From positions 10,615 to 74,614 of IMG/VR virus record IMGVR_UViG_3300023179_009503: a stretch of DNA of 64,000 nt; one strand, 5' to 3'. The notes under the pieces were generated by a model. The model was given only the letters and a program-made list of their open reading frames with translations. It ran no database searches and was not told where the DNA came from. The position numbers were made by a program, and so were the translations under genes. The DNA is from a virus. Positions 39,445 to 49,097 of the stretch are shown one piece after another (position 1 is the first letter of the stretch; the number at the start of each line of letters is the position of its first letter).

Positions 39445-40521
39445 ATGGATTGCTCTGCTATTACTCCTATAACAGCGTTTCAAAGCACTAATCTTAGTAG
39501 CAAAATAGATTCTTTCTCTAGATTAGGTGACAGAATTTCCCGTACATTAGGTGCGCCAATGATAAATTTAGAAATACATCATGATCAACTATTTGAAAAT
39601 ATTTCTATAGCTTGCGAAATGTTTGCAAAGTTTGCCGGGTATACAGAAGAATATCTTATATTTGATTCAGATCTTTATGAAAAAAATAAAGGATTAAAAC
39701 TGGATGAGTTATTTACTATTACACCTTATTTTAATAAGGTAATCGACCCTTCACCCACAGTTTATGCCGCCACTTCTTCTATTCCATCTAGTTATTTCCT
39801 AACTTCACCTACTCTTTCTTCAACTTATAAAGATGGTATTTTTGAGAATCAAATACTAACACAGACAAATTATTTATCTGTAATTAATTTTAATGGCGTA
39901 CTAGGTGAATACTTTAAACCTTCTTCTAATTCACAAATTAAATTTGTTAATAGTTTTGATTATGATATTATGGACTACAGAAAAGTAGTTGATATAATAG
40001 ATTTTGAAGAAGGATCATCTACTGGTGTTAATACCTTATTTACAATTGAGCAAACACTGGCGCAGCAAACATATTTTAGCTATGCAATGGGTAATTACGG
40101 TTTTGATCTTGTTAGCTGGTATGTATTAAAAGACTGGCTTGAAACGCGTGAAAAGCTTTTAGCAATAAGAAGATATTTCACGTTTGATGATAGAACTCAG
40201 TATCTTACTTTTTACCCACCACCTAAAACTCCAAGCTCAGGCTCTAGATTTTATGGTATAATAGGTGCATATGTTGAGAAAAGATTAAAAGATATTATTA
40301 AAGAACCTTGGGTCTATCAATATGCATTAGCATTAAGCAAGATAGCTGTTGGTAATGTAAGAGGTAAATATACCGGTACAACGATGTTCGGTGGTGGGCA
40401 AATAAATTATAACGATCTATTATCTCAGGGATTGAGGGAAAAAGAAGAATTAGAAAGAAAGCTTTACGAAAGCGCGCCTGGCTTTGGAGATGCTGCTCCA
40501 CCTCAATTTTTTGTTGGATAA
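39445..40521 (+). CDS. gp13: Neck protein (gp13-like)
   Basis: LGAPMINLE...WVYQYALAL.K...G..RGKY....GG.IN...E...LE...P.FFVG. Confidence 0.85.
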   Translation: MDCSAITPITAFQSTNLSSKIDSFSRLGDRISRTLGAPMINLEIHHDQLFENISIACEMFAKFAGYTEEYLIFDSDLYEKNKGLKLDELFTITPYFNKVIDPSPTVYAATSSIPSSYFLTSPTLSSTYKDGIFENQILTQTNYLSVINFNGVLGEYFKPSSNSQIKFVNSFDYDIMDYRKVVDIIDFEEGSSTGVNTLFTIEQTLAQQTYFSYAMGNYGFDLVSWYVLKDWLETREKLLAIRRYFTFDDRTQYLTFYPPPKTPSSGSRFYGIIGAYVEKRLKDIIKEPWVYQYALALSKIAVGNVRGKYTGTTMFGGGQINYNDLLSQGLREKEELERKLYESAPGFGDAAPPQFFVG

Positions 40522-40982
40522 TGATACCCTTAAATAAAAGCGATAAATTTAGACAGGGATTATTTCGTCCAAAAAATACGAGTAAATACGTTGGCCGCAC
40601 TCCACCAGTTTATAGATCAGGGTGGGAATTAAAATTTTTTAGATGGTGTGATGAGAATACTAATGTAGTTGAATGGGCAAGCGAGGCAGTAATAATACCT
40701 TATACAAATCCGCTAGATGGTAAAGTTCATAGATATTATACTGATGGTATAATTGCTATTAAAGAAAATGGTATATTAAACAAATATATTATAGAAATTA
40801 AACCATCTACTCAAGTAGAAGCTCCAAAACCTGGCAAAAAAAAGCATAGTACTGTAATTTATGAAAATAAGAGATATATACAGAATATGGCTAAGTGGGA
40901 ATCTGCTAAAAAGTGGTGTAACCAAAGAAATTATAAATTCTTAATATTAACAGAAAAAGAATTGGGACTTAATAAATATTAA
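40521..40982 (+). CDS. gp4: Head completion nuclease (gp4, TnsA-like)
   Basis: PKN..KY.G, YRSGWE..F..WCD, WASE...IPY, HRYYTD, IEIKP, AKW. Confidence 0.92.
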   Translation: MIPLNKSDKFRQGLFRPKNTSKYVGRTPPVYRSGWELKFFRWCDENTNVVEWASEAVIIPYTNPLDGKVHRYYTDGIIAIKENGILNKYIIEIKPSTQVEAPKPGKKKHSTVIYENKRYIQNMAKWESAKKWCNQRNYKFLILTEKELGLNKY

Positions 40983-40983
40983 T

Positions 40984-41655
40984 ATGGCGCTTCGTCTACT
41001 AGTCGAAACACCTGCTTCTGAAGAGCAGTTTGAATATATTTTAGAGGAAAAAAACCCTAAAGAGCCCGCAAAACTCTATATTCAAGGTCCTTACATGGTT
41101 TGTAATGAAGTAAATAAGAACCAGCGTATTTACGAGCGTGATGATATGCGTCGTGAAGTTGAACGCTATATAAAAGAAATGGTTTCAACAAACAGAGCGA
41201 TGGGCGAGCTTAATCATCCCACATCCGCAGAAGTTAATCTAGAGAGAGCCTGCCATCTTGTTACAAATTTAAAATTTGAAGGAAACCAGGTAGTAGGAAG
41301 ATCACAAGTACTTTCAACACCGATGGGTCAGATTGTACGTAATCTTATCAATGATGGTGTAAAGGTAGGAATGTCTAGCCGCGCACTTGGAAAATTAAAT
41401 GAAGAAACAAATGGTATTAATCGTGTAACAGATATGAGATTAATTGCTGTTGATTGTGTAGCTGATCCGTCATGCCCTAAAGCATTTGTAAATGGAATAT
41501 TAGAAAGCAAGCAATTTATTTTAAATACTAAAGGTGAACTAGAAGAAGTTTATGATGCTTTCGAAAAATCTATTAATAATTTACCTCGAAAAGACGTACA
41601 AGCTTATTTAAAAGAGCAAATTTTGACGTTTTTTAAATTTTTAAGAACTACTTAA
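40984..41655 (+). CDS. gp21: Prohead maturation protease (gp21)
   Basis: NKNQRIY, GELNHP, TPMG, GMSSRALG, DCVADPS...AFV. Confidence 0.95.
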   Translation: MALRLLVETPASEEQFEYILEEKNPKEPAKLYIQGPYMVCNEVNKNQRIYERDDMRREVERYIKEMVSTNRAMGELNHPTSAEVNLERACHLVTNLKFEGNQVVGRSQVLSTPMGQIVRNLINDGVKVGMSSRALGKLNEETNGINRVTDMRLIAVDCVADPSCPKAFVNGILESKQFILNTKGELEEVYDAFEKSINNLPRKDVQAYLKEQILTFFKFLRTT

Positions 41656-41703
41656 TATATGAAAAGCCGTAGAAAAAATAGCAAAGGCAAAATAAATAAT
41701 TCT

Positions 41704-41874
41704 ATGGCAAAGGCTAAGAAAGACTCAAGGATTGACGAAAATAATAATATTGTTAAATTTTTAAAGTCAATTTCTCAAAAAAATTATTCTGAAGCTAATA
41801 AATATTTACAGAGCGTCATCGATTCGAAGATTAAATCTAAGATTGGTGGCTCTCTAAAAGAAAAATTATTTTAA
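41704..41874 (+). CDS. Small prohead-core-type protein
   Basis: Between gp21 and gp22; TAAATA-N5-ATG fixes start at 41704. Confidence 0.55.
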   Translation: MAKAKKDSRIDENNNIVKFLKSISQKNYSEANKYLQSVIDSKIKSKIGGSLKEKLF

Positions 41875-41877
41875 TTT

Positions 41878-42762
41878 ATGGAAACAAACATTAGCAAAAC
41901 TCTAAAAGAAGCGACTAAAGATATTCTCACAGAGGATGTTCTTAAGGAAATCGAAACTGCATTTGAAACATCAGTTAATGAAAAAGTTCAAATTCATGTT
42001 GAGAAAGCTCTCGCTGAACAAGATGCTGATTATTCCAAAAAATTAGAGACTTTAGTAGAAGCAATAGATACAGATCATACCAACAAGCTTAAGAAGGTTG
42101 TTGAAGCAATTGATGCTGATCGTGCTGCTAAGCTAAAGACGGTAGTAGAAAAATATGAAGCAGCATTGAATAAAGAAGCTTCTGAGTTCAAGAATAGCAT
42201 TGTTGATGAAATAAGCAAATATCTTGATCTCTATATTGATGAAAAACTACCCTCAGCTTCAATTACTGAAGCTGTAAAGAATAAAAAGGCTATTTCTCTT
42301 TTAGAGAATTTACGCCAGGTTCTTGCTGTTGATATGGCACTCGCTAAGGATAATATCCGCGATGCTGTAGTTGATGGGAAGAATAAAATAGATGAAGCTG
42401 CTAGCCAGCTTGAAGCCGCTACAAAAGAAGTAGCTAGATTGTCAGAAGAGAATAAGAAGCTCTCCGCTAAAGTAATGCTTGAGGAAAGAGTTTCTAAGCT
42501 CGAAGAAGACAAAAAGACTTACATGAAGAAAATGCTTAATGGTAAGTCTGCAGAGTTTATTAAAGAGAACTTTGACTACACTTTGAAGCTGTTTGAAAAG
42601 ACAGAAGAAGAGCGGCTGAAAGCATTAAAAACGGAAGCGGTTTCTGAAACTGTATCTGCACAAGTTGATAGACCAGTAATTGAAGAAGCTGTACAGCCCC
42701 AGGAAGTAAATGAAGCAGATCCAATGTTTAATACTTACATGGGCGAGCTTTCGAAGTATTAA
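41878..42762 (+). CDS. gp22: Prohead scaffold protein (gp22)
   Basis: Glu/Lys-rich coiled coil, C-terminal DPM..Y; directly upstream of MCP. Confidence 0.88.
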   Translation: METNISKTLKEATKDILTEDVLKEIETAFETSVNEKVQIHVEKALAEQDADYSKKLETLVEAIDTDHTNKLKKVVEAIDADRAAKLKTVVEKYEAALNKEASEFKNSIVDEISKYLDLYIDEKLPSASITEAVKNKKAISLLENLRQVLAVDMALAKDNIRDAVVDGKNKIDEAASQLEAATKEVARLSEENKKLSAKVMLEERVSKLEEDKKTYMKKMLNGKSAEFIKENFDYTLKLFEKTEEERLKALKTEAVSETVSAQVDRPVIEEAVQPQEVNEADPMFNTYMGELSKY

Positions 42763-42839
42763 TTTTGCTTTTGTTGAGGGTTTAACCCCTGAATAGTTTA
42801 TAAAAGGTCGACATATTATATTGGAGAAATATAATTTAT

Positions 42840-44363
42840 ATGGCTAAACAAATTCGTCCTACACAGGCTTACATTGATGAGTCACGCGCTAAGGTACTTC
42901 TCGAGAAGTGGGGTCCAGTTCTGGATTACTCTTCCGATAACGTCCGCGCTATCGAAGACGATCACACACGCTTAAACACCGCTATCCTTTTGGAAAACCA
43001 AGAGAAGTGGTGCTTTGAGGCTAGCAACACAGTCGGTGGAAACACTGGCGTATTCGGCGGCGCTATTAATAATGGCGCTTACGGTAACCAGTTCCCTTCA
43101 CAGAATGATAATGCTTACGCCCCAGGCGATGCGCGTCTACCGAAGATCCTCATCCCGATGATTCGCCGTACGTTCCCTGAGTTGATCACTAACGAAATCG
43201 TTGGTGTTCAGCCCATGAGCGGTCCAGTAGGTCTTGCTTTTGCCCTCCGTTATAAGTACGAACCCACCAGCTTAGGTTACAATCCCGATGGCAAGATCGA
43301 CGCAAGCAACTCTACAACAAAGTATGCTAGCTCGTTCTTACAGTCATTGTCGACAAACCCTGAGCTAGGGTATCAGTTCCTCGCTTCCGGCTTTACCGGA
43401 ACGCAGCAGCCACAATTGTCGGGTAATTCCGACTTCACAATGCTAACACAAGATCAGGGTGTTGCTCAGCTACTCGGCCAGTTCGAGTTGAATGCAAACA
43501 TTCCTCAGGTCGTTGTAAGCTTTGAGAAGACAGCAGTCGAGGCCGGCACACGCCGTCTCGCCGCTCGCTGGTCAGTTGAGCTCGAGCAGGATCTTAAGAA
43601 CATGAACGGTATCGATATCGATACTGAGCTCACAAACGCTATGTCGTATGAGCTACAGGCCGAAATCGACCGTGAAATGATCATTCGCATGATCCAGACA
43701 GCACTCAATGCTGGCTACGGCACAGGTTATTCAATCTGGTCGCCCGTATCAGCAGACGGTCGCTGGCTCGTTGAACGTAATCGTGACTTCTATCAGAGAC
43801 TAATCGTCGAAGCTAATCGTATTGCAGTACGTAATCGCCGTGGTTCTGCCAACTTCGTTGTTGCAACACCTCGCGTTTGCGCTATCCTAGAAATGCTCCC
43901 TGAATTCCAGTGGGTACCAGTACAGGGTAATGTTAATACACAGCCCGTCGGTGTTGCAAAAGTAGGTTCGCTGGGTGGCAGGTTCAACGTTTACCGTGAT
44001 ACTCGTACAGAAGCTCAGGCTGAAGCTTATAATACTGGTGGCATCCCTCCTGGTAATTTCCAGGGTCAGGGCTGGCCAACAGCTTATGGCACCCAGAACT
44101 TCTCGCGTCAAGTACGCCTCGAGTATGCACTCCTTGGTTACAAGGGCCCGGAATTCTACGACACTGGTATCATCTATTGTCCGTACATCCCGGTAATGGT
44201 TCAGAGAACGATTGGTCCTAATGATTTTGCTCCTCGCGTTGGCTTACTAACACGTTATGGTGTAGTAGACAACATCTTTGGTGCTAATCTTTACTACCAC
44301 GTCATTATTCTCAAGAACCTCGGTACTCCGTTTGTTCCTGGAACACAGTCGGTCTACTTCTAA
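42840..44363 (+). CDS. gp23: Major capsid protein (gp23)
   Basis: LLENQ, IRRTFP, GVQPMSGPVGLAFALR, RRLAARWSVELEQDLK, EIDRE, YCPYIP, TRYG. Confidence 0.98.
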   Translation: MAKQIRPTQAYIDESRAKVLLEKWGPVLDYSSDNVRAIEDDHTRLNTAILLENQEKWCFEASNTVGGNTGVFGGAINNGAYGNQFPSQNDNAYAPGDARLPKILIPMIRRTFPELITNEIVGVQPMSGPVGLAFALRYKYEPTSLGYNPDGKIDASNSTTKYASSFLQSLSTNPELGYQFLASGFTGTQQPQLSGNSDFTMLTQDQGVAQLLGQFELNANIPQVVVSFEKTAVEAGTRRLAARWSVELEQDLKNMNGIDIDTELTNAMSYELQAEIDREMIIRMIQTALNAGYGTGYSIWSPVSADGRWLVERNRDFYQRLIVEANRIAVRNRRGSANFVVATPRVCAILEMLPEFQWVPVQGNVNTQPVGVAKVGSLGGRFNVYRDTRTEAQAEAYNTGGIPPGNFQGQGWPTAYGTQNFSRQVRLEYALLGYKGPEFYDTGIIYCPYIPVMVQRTIGPNDFAPRVGLLTRYGVVDNIFGANLYYHVIILKNLGTPFVPGTQSVYF

Positions 44364-44421
44364 GAAGTACATCGGTTTAGAAAAAGAAAGTAATTTTCAC
44401 CTGGTAAGTCCCAGGAACTTT

Positions 44422-44451
44422 AAAAAAGGGCATCTTGCGGTGCCCTTTTTT
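44422..44451 (+). terminator. Intrinsic terminator after gp23 (possibly bidirectional)
   Basis: A6-GGGCATC-TTGC-GGTGCCC-T6. Confidence 0.88.
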
Positions 44452-44495
44452 ATGTTTAAATTCAAAAAAAACACATAAAAAGAATAAATATTTGT

Positions 44496-44864
44496 ATGGC
44501 ATTAACAATATTTTCTAATATAGTAGCTGACCCTGCAGCAACACTACCTACAGCTTTTAACCTAACAACATCAAATAACGGTGTTACAGCTACAAGCTTA
44601 GGCAGCAATGCAAAAGCTATTTTGTTTAATGCAAAAACAACAACATCTACTTGGAATAATCTACAATTTTTAGTAGATGGTGTTACAACCTCGTTTGCTG
44701 TTGCTAATGAATATAATGGTGAAACCTTTGCTTTATTACTTAATAGTGGCGATTCTTATACATATACAATCAATACTGCCTCGGTATTACAGAAACTTTC
44801 TGCCTATAATGCTTATGATTCAATAAGCACTGAAAAAACAAGACTTTGGAACTTAAACGGTTAA
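44496..44864 (+). CDS. Hypothetical virion protein
   Basis: TAAATA-N5-ATG; T/N/S-rich; follows gp23. Confidence 0.7.
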   Translation: MALTIFSNIVADPAATLPTAFNLTTSNNGVTATSLGSNAKAILFNAKTTTSTWNNLQFLVDGVTTSFAVANEYNGETFALLLNSGDSYTYTINTASVLQKLSAYNAYDSISTEKTRLWNLNG

Positions 44865-44865
44865 T

Positions 44866-45780
44866 TTACTGCCTTACAGTCTTAGTAAAATACTTATATT
44901 CGTCTATTAGCGCTTTATCTAGAAGACTATAGTTACTAGCTCTTGTAGGGTTAATATCAATACCACCGCGCCTTACGTATAGACAGCTCACAACAAGCTC
45001 TTCAGGTTTAAACAGTCTAAATAAACGCATATAAATTGTTTCACAAATCTCCTCATGAAAATGACATTCATCTCTAAAAGAAACAATATATTGTAAAAGA
45101 GATGTTTGATTAATCTCATACTTGCCTTTATAGTGAATATAAACATCGCCCCAATCAGGTTGAGAAGTAACTCTACAATTACTCTTTAATAAAGCAGAAT
45201 GAAATCTTTGTACTTTAGCTTCAGGGATCTCTATTGCAGATAAAATAGAAGGATCCTCTACATATGATCTAGATTGTATCATAGTAACATCAATATTATT
45301 TTCAAGTGTAGGATAATCTTTATTGCTAAATACCGGTGGATAATACAAATCGTCTGACACCGCAGCCGTAGATCTTACATATACTTTGACATCCGTCTCA
45401 AGTAAACTGGACAAATCCTTTGCAATAGTACTCTGTAATTCGTTTAATACTTGAATCATGTTACCTTTAAATACTTGCATATTAAAAGAATTCATGTATA
45501 GCTTAATAGACTTTGATTCTACAATATACTTGTTCTTAGCAGGATAAACTATTTTAGCAATTGCTGCAATAGGCATACCTTCCTGTGTTAAGCAAGAAAC
45601 TTCATATGCATTCCAAATATCAAAACCACCGAAAGGTGCGTTTTCGTCTGTGATATCTAAATGCTTACGATTGTTGATTCTTGGCTCACGTACTAAAAGT
45701 GAAGGATCATAAGTCGACTTATACCCTGTTACTTTACCTAAATGCTTCGAAATGTTGCTATTGTCTAATACCTTGTTCAT
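44866..45780 (-). CDS. queF: NADPH-dependent preQ0 reductase (bimodular QueF)
   Basis: DIWNAYEVS, QueF motif ESKSIKLY, catalytic SNCRVTSQPD, FHEEICE, RRGGIDINP. Confidence 0.95.
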   Translation of the reverse strand: MNKVLDNSNISKHLGKVTGYKSTYDPSLLVREPRINNRKHLDITDENAPFGGFDIWNAYEVSCLTQEGMPIAAIAKIVYPAKNKYIVESKSIKLYMNSFNMQVFKGNMIQVLNELQSTIAKDLSSLLETDVKVYVRSTAAVSDDLYYPPVFSNKDYPTLENNIDVTMIQSRSYVEDPSILSAIEIPEAKVQRFHSALLKSNCRVTSQPDWGDVYIHYKGKYEINQTSLLQYIVSFRDECHFHEEICETIYMRLFRLFKPEELVVSCLYVRRGGIDINPTRASNYSLLDKALIDEYKYFTKTVRQ

Positions 45781-46345
45781 ATAGTTTAATTTTAATCTGT
45801 TCTAAGCGTTCTTCAACTGTTCCTTTTAAAATAGTTACTCTATCTCTCCATGAAGGTTGATTCAAATAATGATCTTCGTATAAATCTATAATAGCATTCC
45901 TAAACTCAATATCAGTACTTCTCTCTCCGTCATCAACTAACTTAATTTCATGAGGATCAGGATAAAAAATAATATCATACTCATTATAAAATCTGTACCA
46001 ATAATGAACTGCTTGTTGCCATACTTGCTGAGTTACTAATTTCTTTTTAAAGAAATATTCTGTATAAACCAACCCGTCAAGCAGACATCTATCATGAACA
46101 ACGCCTTTACACCAATCGCCCATACCCCTACATGTAAATAAATTCTTTAGTTCTTCGTTTATAATTAACAATTGAGTTATATCATTAGCACCTTCTTCAT
46201 TAATAGGTATATTACATTCATCTCTTATTTTTCTTGTAACTTCATCAATATAAAAGAATTTATCAAAAATACCACCACTACTCTTCATTAATTTAAGCAA
46301 AGTAGTCTTGCCCGAACATTGCGGCCCAGTAAACGTAATATTCAT
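45758..46345 (-). CDS. P-loop nucleotide kinase (dNMP kinase/AAA_28-like)
   Basis: TGPQCSGKTT, HDRCLLD..VY, DDGER. Confidence 0.8.
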   Translation of the reverse strand: MNITFTGPQCSGKTTLLKLMKSSGGIFDKFFYIDEVTRKIRDECNIPINEEGANDITQLLIINEELKNLFTCRGMGDWCKGVVHDRCLLDGLVYTEYFFKKKLVTQQVWQQAVHYWYRFYNEYDIIFYPDPHEIKLVDDGERSTDIEFRNAIIDLYEDHYLNQPSWRDRVTILKGTVEERLEQIKIKLYEQGIRQ

Positions 46346-46367
46346 TAAACTATTATATACTAAGAAC

Positions 46368-46715
46368 TTACTTACACCACTTTTTTCTTTTAACTATTTC
46401 TGCAATAATACAATAAACAGAAGTATCACTAAAAGCATCAAATATAGGCTCATTAGCTGACTCAAATGTCTTTTTACGTAGAACTAAATTAATTAGACGT
46501 TGTATTTTATCATTTAATCTTACCACTATAGCGGATATTGATGCAACAATATCTTCTTTTTTATGAAGATCTGAACCAAGACTTATATTATGCGGGCCGT
46601 AGTCAAATTGCTTTTTGCAAAATGTTTCATATTGCTCGCGTTGAATTTTTTTAAATTCTTCACAAGTCTCAGGATACGTGGCTTCAACGCTCTTAATATA
46701 GTCTTCCGGATTCAC
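46368..46715 (-). CDS. Nucleotide-modification-associated protein (DUF1599/Nmad1-like, MazG-like helical fold)
   Basis: KKQFDYG..NI, VRLNDKIQRL, NEPIFDAFSD...Y. Confidence 0.8.
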   Translation of the reverse strand: MNPEDYIKSVEATYPETCEEFKKIQREQYETFCKKQFDYGPHNISLGSDLHKKEDIVASISAIVVRLNDKIQRLINLVLRKKTFESANEPIFDAFSDTSVYCIIAEIVKRKKWCK

Positions 46716-47683
46716 AATCTTACCCCGTAACCAACTTTACTTAAACTAAGAGTATTTAAATTGCAACCCCCCGCATAACTAATAGCGCTTTGCAAGTCCT
46801 GTGTAATTTCTAAAAGCTTTTCTTCGTAAGTAAAAGAATCGGTTTCCATAAGCTTCATTGTACCTTCAATGTTCTTTTTATCCATCTTATTGTGTATGCT
46901 AGCAGATCCGTAGTACTGTTTATATCGTCGTCCAGAAGCGTCTTTTACTACCGGTGCGGGGCTATCTGAACATGCAGCAAATATTGACCCACACATAACT
47001 ATCTTAGCTCCTGCAACTAAAGCTTTCGCTATATCACCATTACAGCGAACACCTCCATCCGCAATAATAGGTATATCAAAATTTGTTGCATCATTATTAG
47101 CACACTCCATAACACAACTAAACATTGGATAAGTAAATCCTGTTTTATCTTTTGTAGTACAAGCATAGCCGCCTCCTATACCAACCTTAACTGCATCAGC
47201 ACCCGCCATAGCTAAATATTCTACCCCATTACGTGTTGCAACATTACCTGCAATTACTTTTGTGTTAGGCAAATTATCCTTAATTATTTTAATTTGATCA
47301 GCGACTTTAGAGTGATGTCCGTGTGCGACATCTATAGTAATAAAATCCACTCTAAGCTTATGGTTACCTAAATTATTAATTAAAGCTTTATCTTTAAATT
47401 GTATTCCCACGCTAATTGAAACATTATTAAAACACGCCTCGTTTGCATCTCTGACAAATGCAAAAATATCATGATCAAACCTATGCATAATGTAAAAATA
47501 ATGCTTTGAATCTAACATTTGACAAGTATCAAAATCAACACAGCATTTCATATTCGCCGGTACCACTGGTAAGCGAAAGGTTTTATCTAAAAAATTTACC
47601 TCCGTACTAATGTCTGCTCTTGTTCGAACAGAATTAAAGTTTGGCTTTAAAAAAACGTTTTCGTAATGTAAGGATATGTCCAT
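46712..47683 (-). CDS. guaC: GMP reductase
   Basis: PANM, IDVAHGH, AGNVAT, KVGIGGG..CTT, IIADGG, YYGSAS, LQSAISYAG. Confidence 0.92.
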   Translation of the reverse strand: MDISLHYENVFLKPNFNSVRTRADISTEVNFLDKTFRLPVVPANMKCCVDFDTCQMLDSKHYFYIMHRFDHDIFAFVRDANEACFNNVSISVGIQFKDKALINNLGNHKLRVDFITIDVAHGHHSKVADQIKIIKDNLPNTKVIAGNVATRNGVEYLAMAGADAVKVGIGGGYACTTKDKTGFTYPMFSCVMECANNDATNFDIPIIADGGVRCNGDIAKALVAGAKIVMCGSIFAACSDSPAPVVKDASGRRYKQYYGSASIHNKMDKKNIEGTMKLMETDSFTYEEKLLEITQDLQSAISYAGGCNLNTLSLSKVGYGVRL

Positions 47684-48252
47684 TATTTTTCTAAGATTTT
47701 ATAACCGGTAAATAAGCTTTTCCACAAATCAAATGCAACTTCATGTAACTTACTGTATACGTCTGGGAGTGTAAGATTTTCTATACCTATACCCTGACTT
47801 AACAGAATTTCACCTGCATCTACCTCGGGTACTACTCTATGTATAACGCAACCTGCATGCTTATACCCTTCTAGGAACGCTCTCTCTTGCGGATTAAACC
47901 CTTTAAGAGAAGGGTACTTATCAATAAGACCGGGGTGTAGATTATAAATTTCGTATTTATTACAGATATCTTTAGGTATAATTCTCAGATAGCCGTGCAG
48001 AGTTATAACTGGATTACTAAATTGACTTAAAATATGCTCATAGCTTTCTACAGACGGTTTAGATTGCAACATATACCATATAGTCCTATTAAGTTTATGC
48101 TCCCTAAACGTGGTTGTAGTCAGCAAATCTTTATTAACACCATCTGTGGTCAAGCGGTTTGTAACAATTGCATCAGGGTAAATGCTAAGAGCATTACAAA
48201 GATTATTAATCTCTGTACCTGTTTGTGAAAAAAAAGCTATCCAAGGTCTCAT
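47683..48252 (-). CDS. dpdN: PurN-like formyltransferase (DpdN-like)
   Basis: FSQTG, LHGYLRII, NLHPG, GCVIHRV...DAGEI; lies next to the DpdA-like gene in the que operon. Confidence 0.75.
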   Translation of the reverse strand: MRPWIAFFSQTGTEINNLCNALSIYPDAIVTNRLTTDGVNKDLLTTTTFREHKLNRTIWYMLQSKPSVESYEHILSQFSNPVITLHGYLRIIPKDICNKYEIYNLHPGLIDKYPSLKGFNPQERAFLEGYKHAGCVIHRVVPEVDAGEILLSQGIGIENLTLPDVYSKLHEVAFDLWKSLFTGYKILEK

Positions 48253-49061
48253 CTTCTAATAATCTTTTTAAACATCGATGTATTATATTTGATTAATTCT
48301 AGCTGATCATCAGTAACTTGATGTGAAATTAGATCAGCTAACTTAGTAGTTGGCTTATTGCTTAAACCGTAATCAGCATCATATTTTAATCCGAATATTG
48401 CGCATACAATAGGATTACTAGTATCACAAGAGACAATATTGTGTATGTTTCTATCGACATAATAACGAAATTCTTTTGCTAAGGAGCAGCCTAAAAGATG
48501 ATGAGGCTTGCTCCAATCCCATACATTACTATTTATTAAATCAGCTATAAAACGTTGCCGACCTGAACAATACCGCTCAAGATTTGTCTTACCGTACCCT
48601 GTAGTTTGATAATAACTAAAATCAAAACTAATAGCTATCATATCTGCGTTATCAGACATAAATTTGTAGCAATCAACCAAATCTTTCCAGGTTTTCCCTT
48701 GTACTGCGCCAATAGCTTTTGTATAAAAGCTCTGCTTTAATGAATCAGCTTTATCTTCAAAAGATCCCCAACTTTCTACGGTGCCGTCCGCATCTTCTAA
48801 AACATCCGGTACAATAAACATATTTGGTTTAATATCTAGCCCGGCTTTATAAAATTCTTCTGAATCAAACGCTTTGCCTAATTCAAATATAGAGTTATCT
48901 AATAAAACCTCTCTATTATAAGTATCTCTTGCTGACTTAAAATAATTGTAATATTCCAGGTAATCTTTAAATAGATGAACTAATGCATAGTCAAAATCGT
49001 TGTAACTTCTTGATTCATTTAGTATAGATATAGGCGATTCGTGCGAAACTTTCATTAGCAT
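48249..49061 (-). CDS. dpdA: TGT-fold 7-deazaguanine transglycosylase (DpdA-like)
   Basis: LLDNSIFE, VPDV, GAVQG, HHLLG, SCDTS motifs; heads the queF operon. Confidence 0.72.
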   Translation of the reverse strand: MLMKVSHESPISILNESRSYNDFDYALVHLFKDYLEYYNYFKSARDTYNREVLLDNSIFELGKAFDSEEFYKAGLDIKPNMFIVPDVLEDADGTVESWGSFEDKADSLKQSFYTKAIGAVQGKTWKDLVDCYKFMSDNADMIAISFDFSYYQTTGYGKTNLERYCSGRQRFIADLINSNVWDWSKPHHLLGCSLAKEFRYYVDRNIHNIVSCDTSNPIVCAIFGLKYDADYGLSNKPTTKLADLISHQVTDDQLELIKYNTSMFKKIIRR

Positions 49062-49097
49062 AATTATATTATAAATGTAAATAATAAGTAGATCAAC

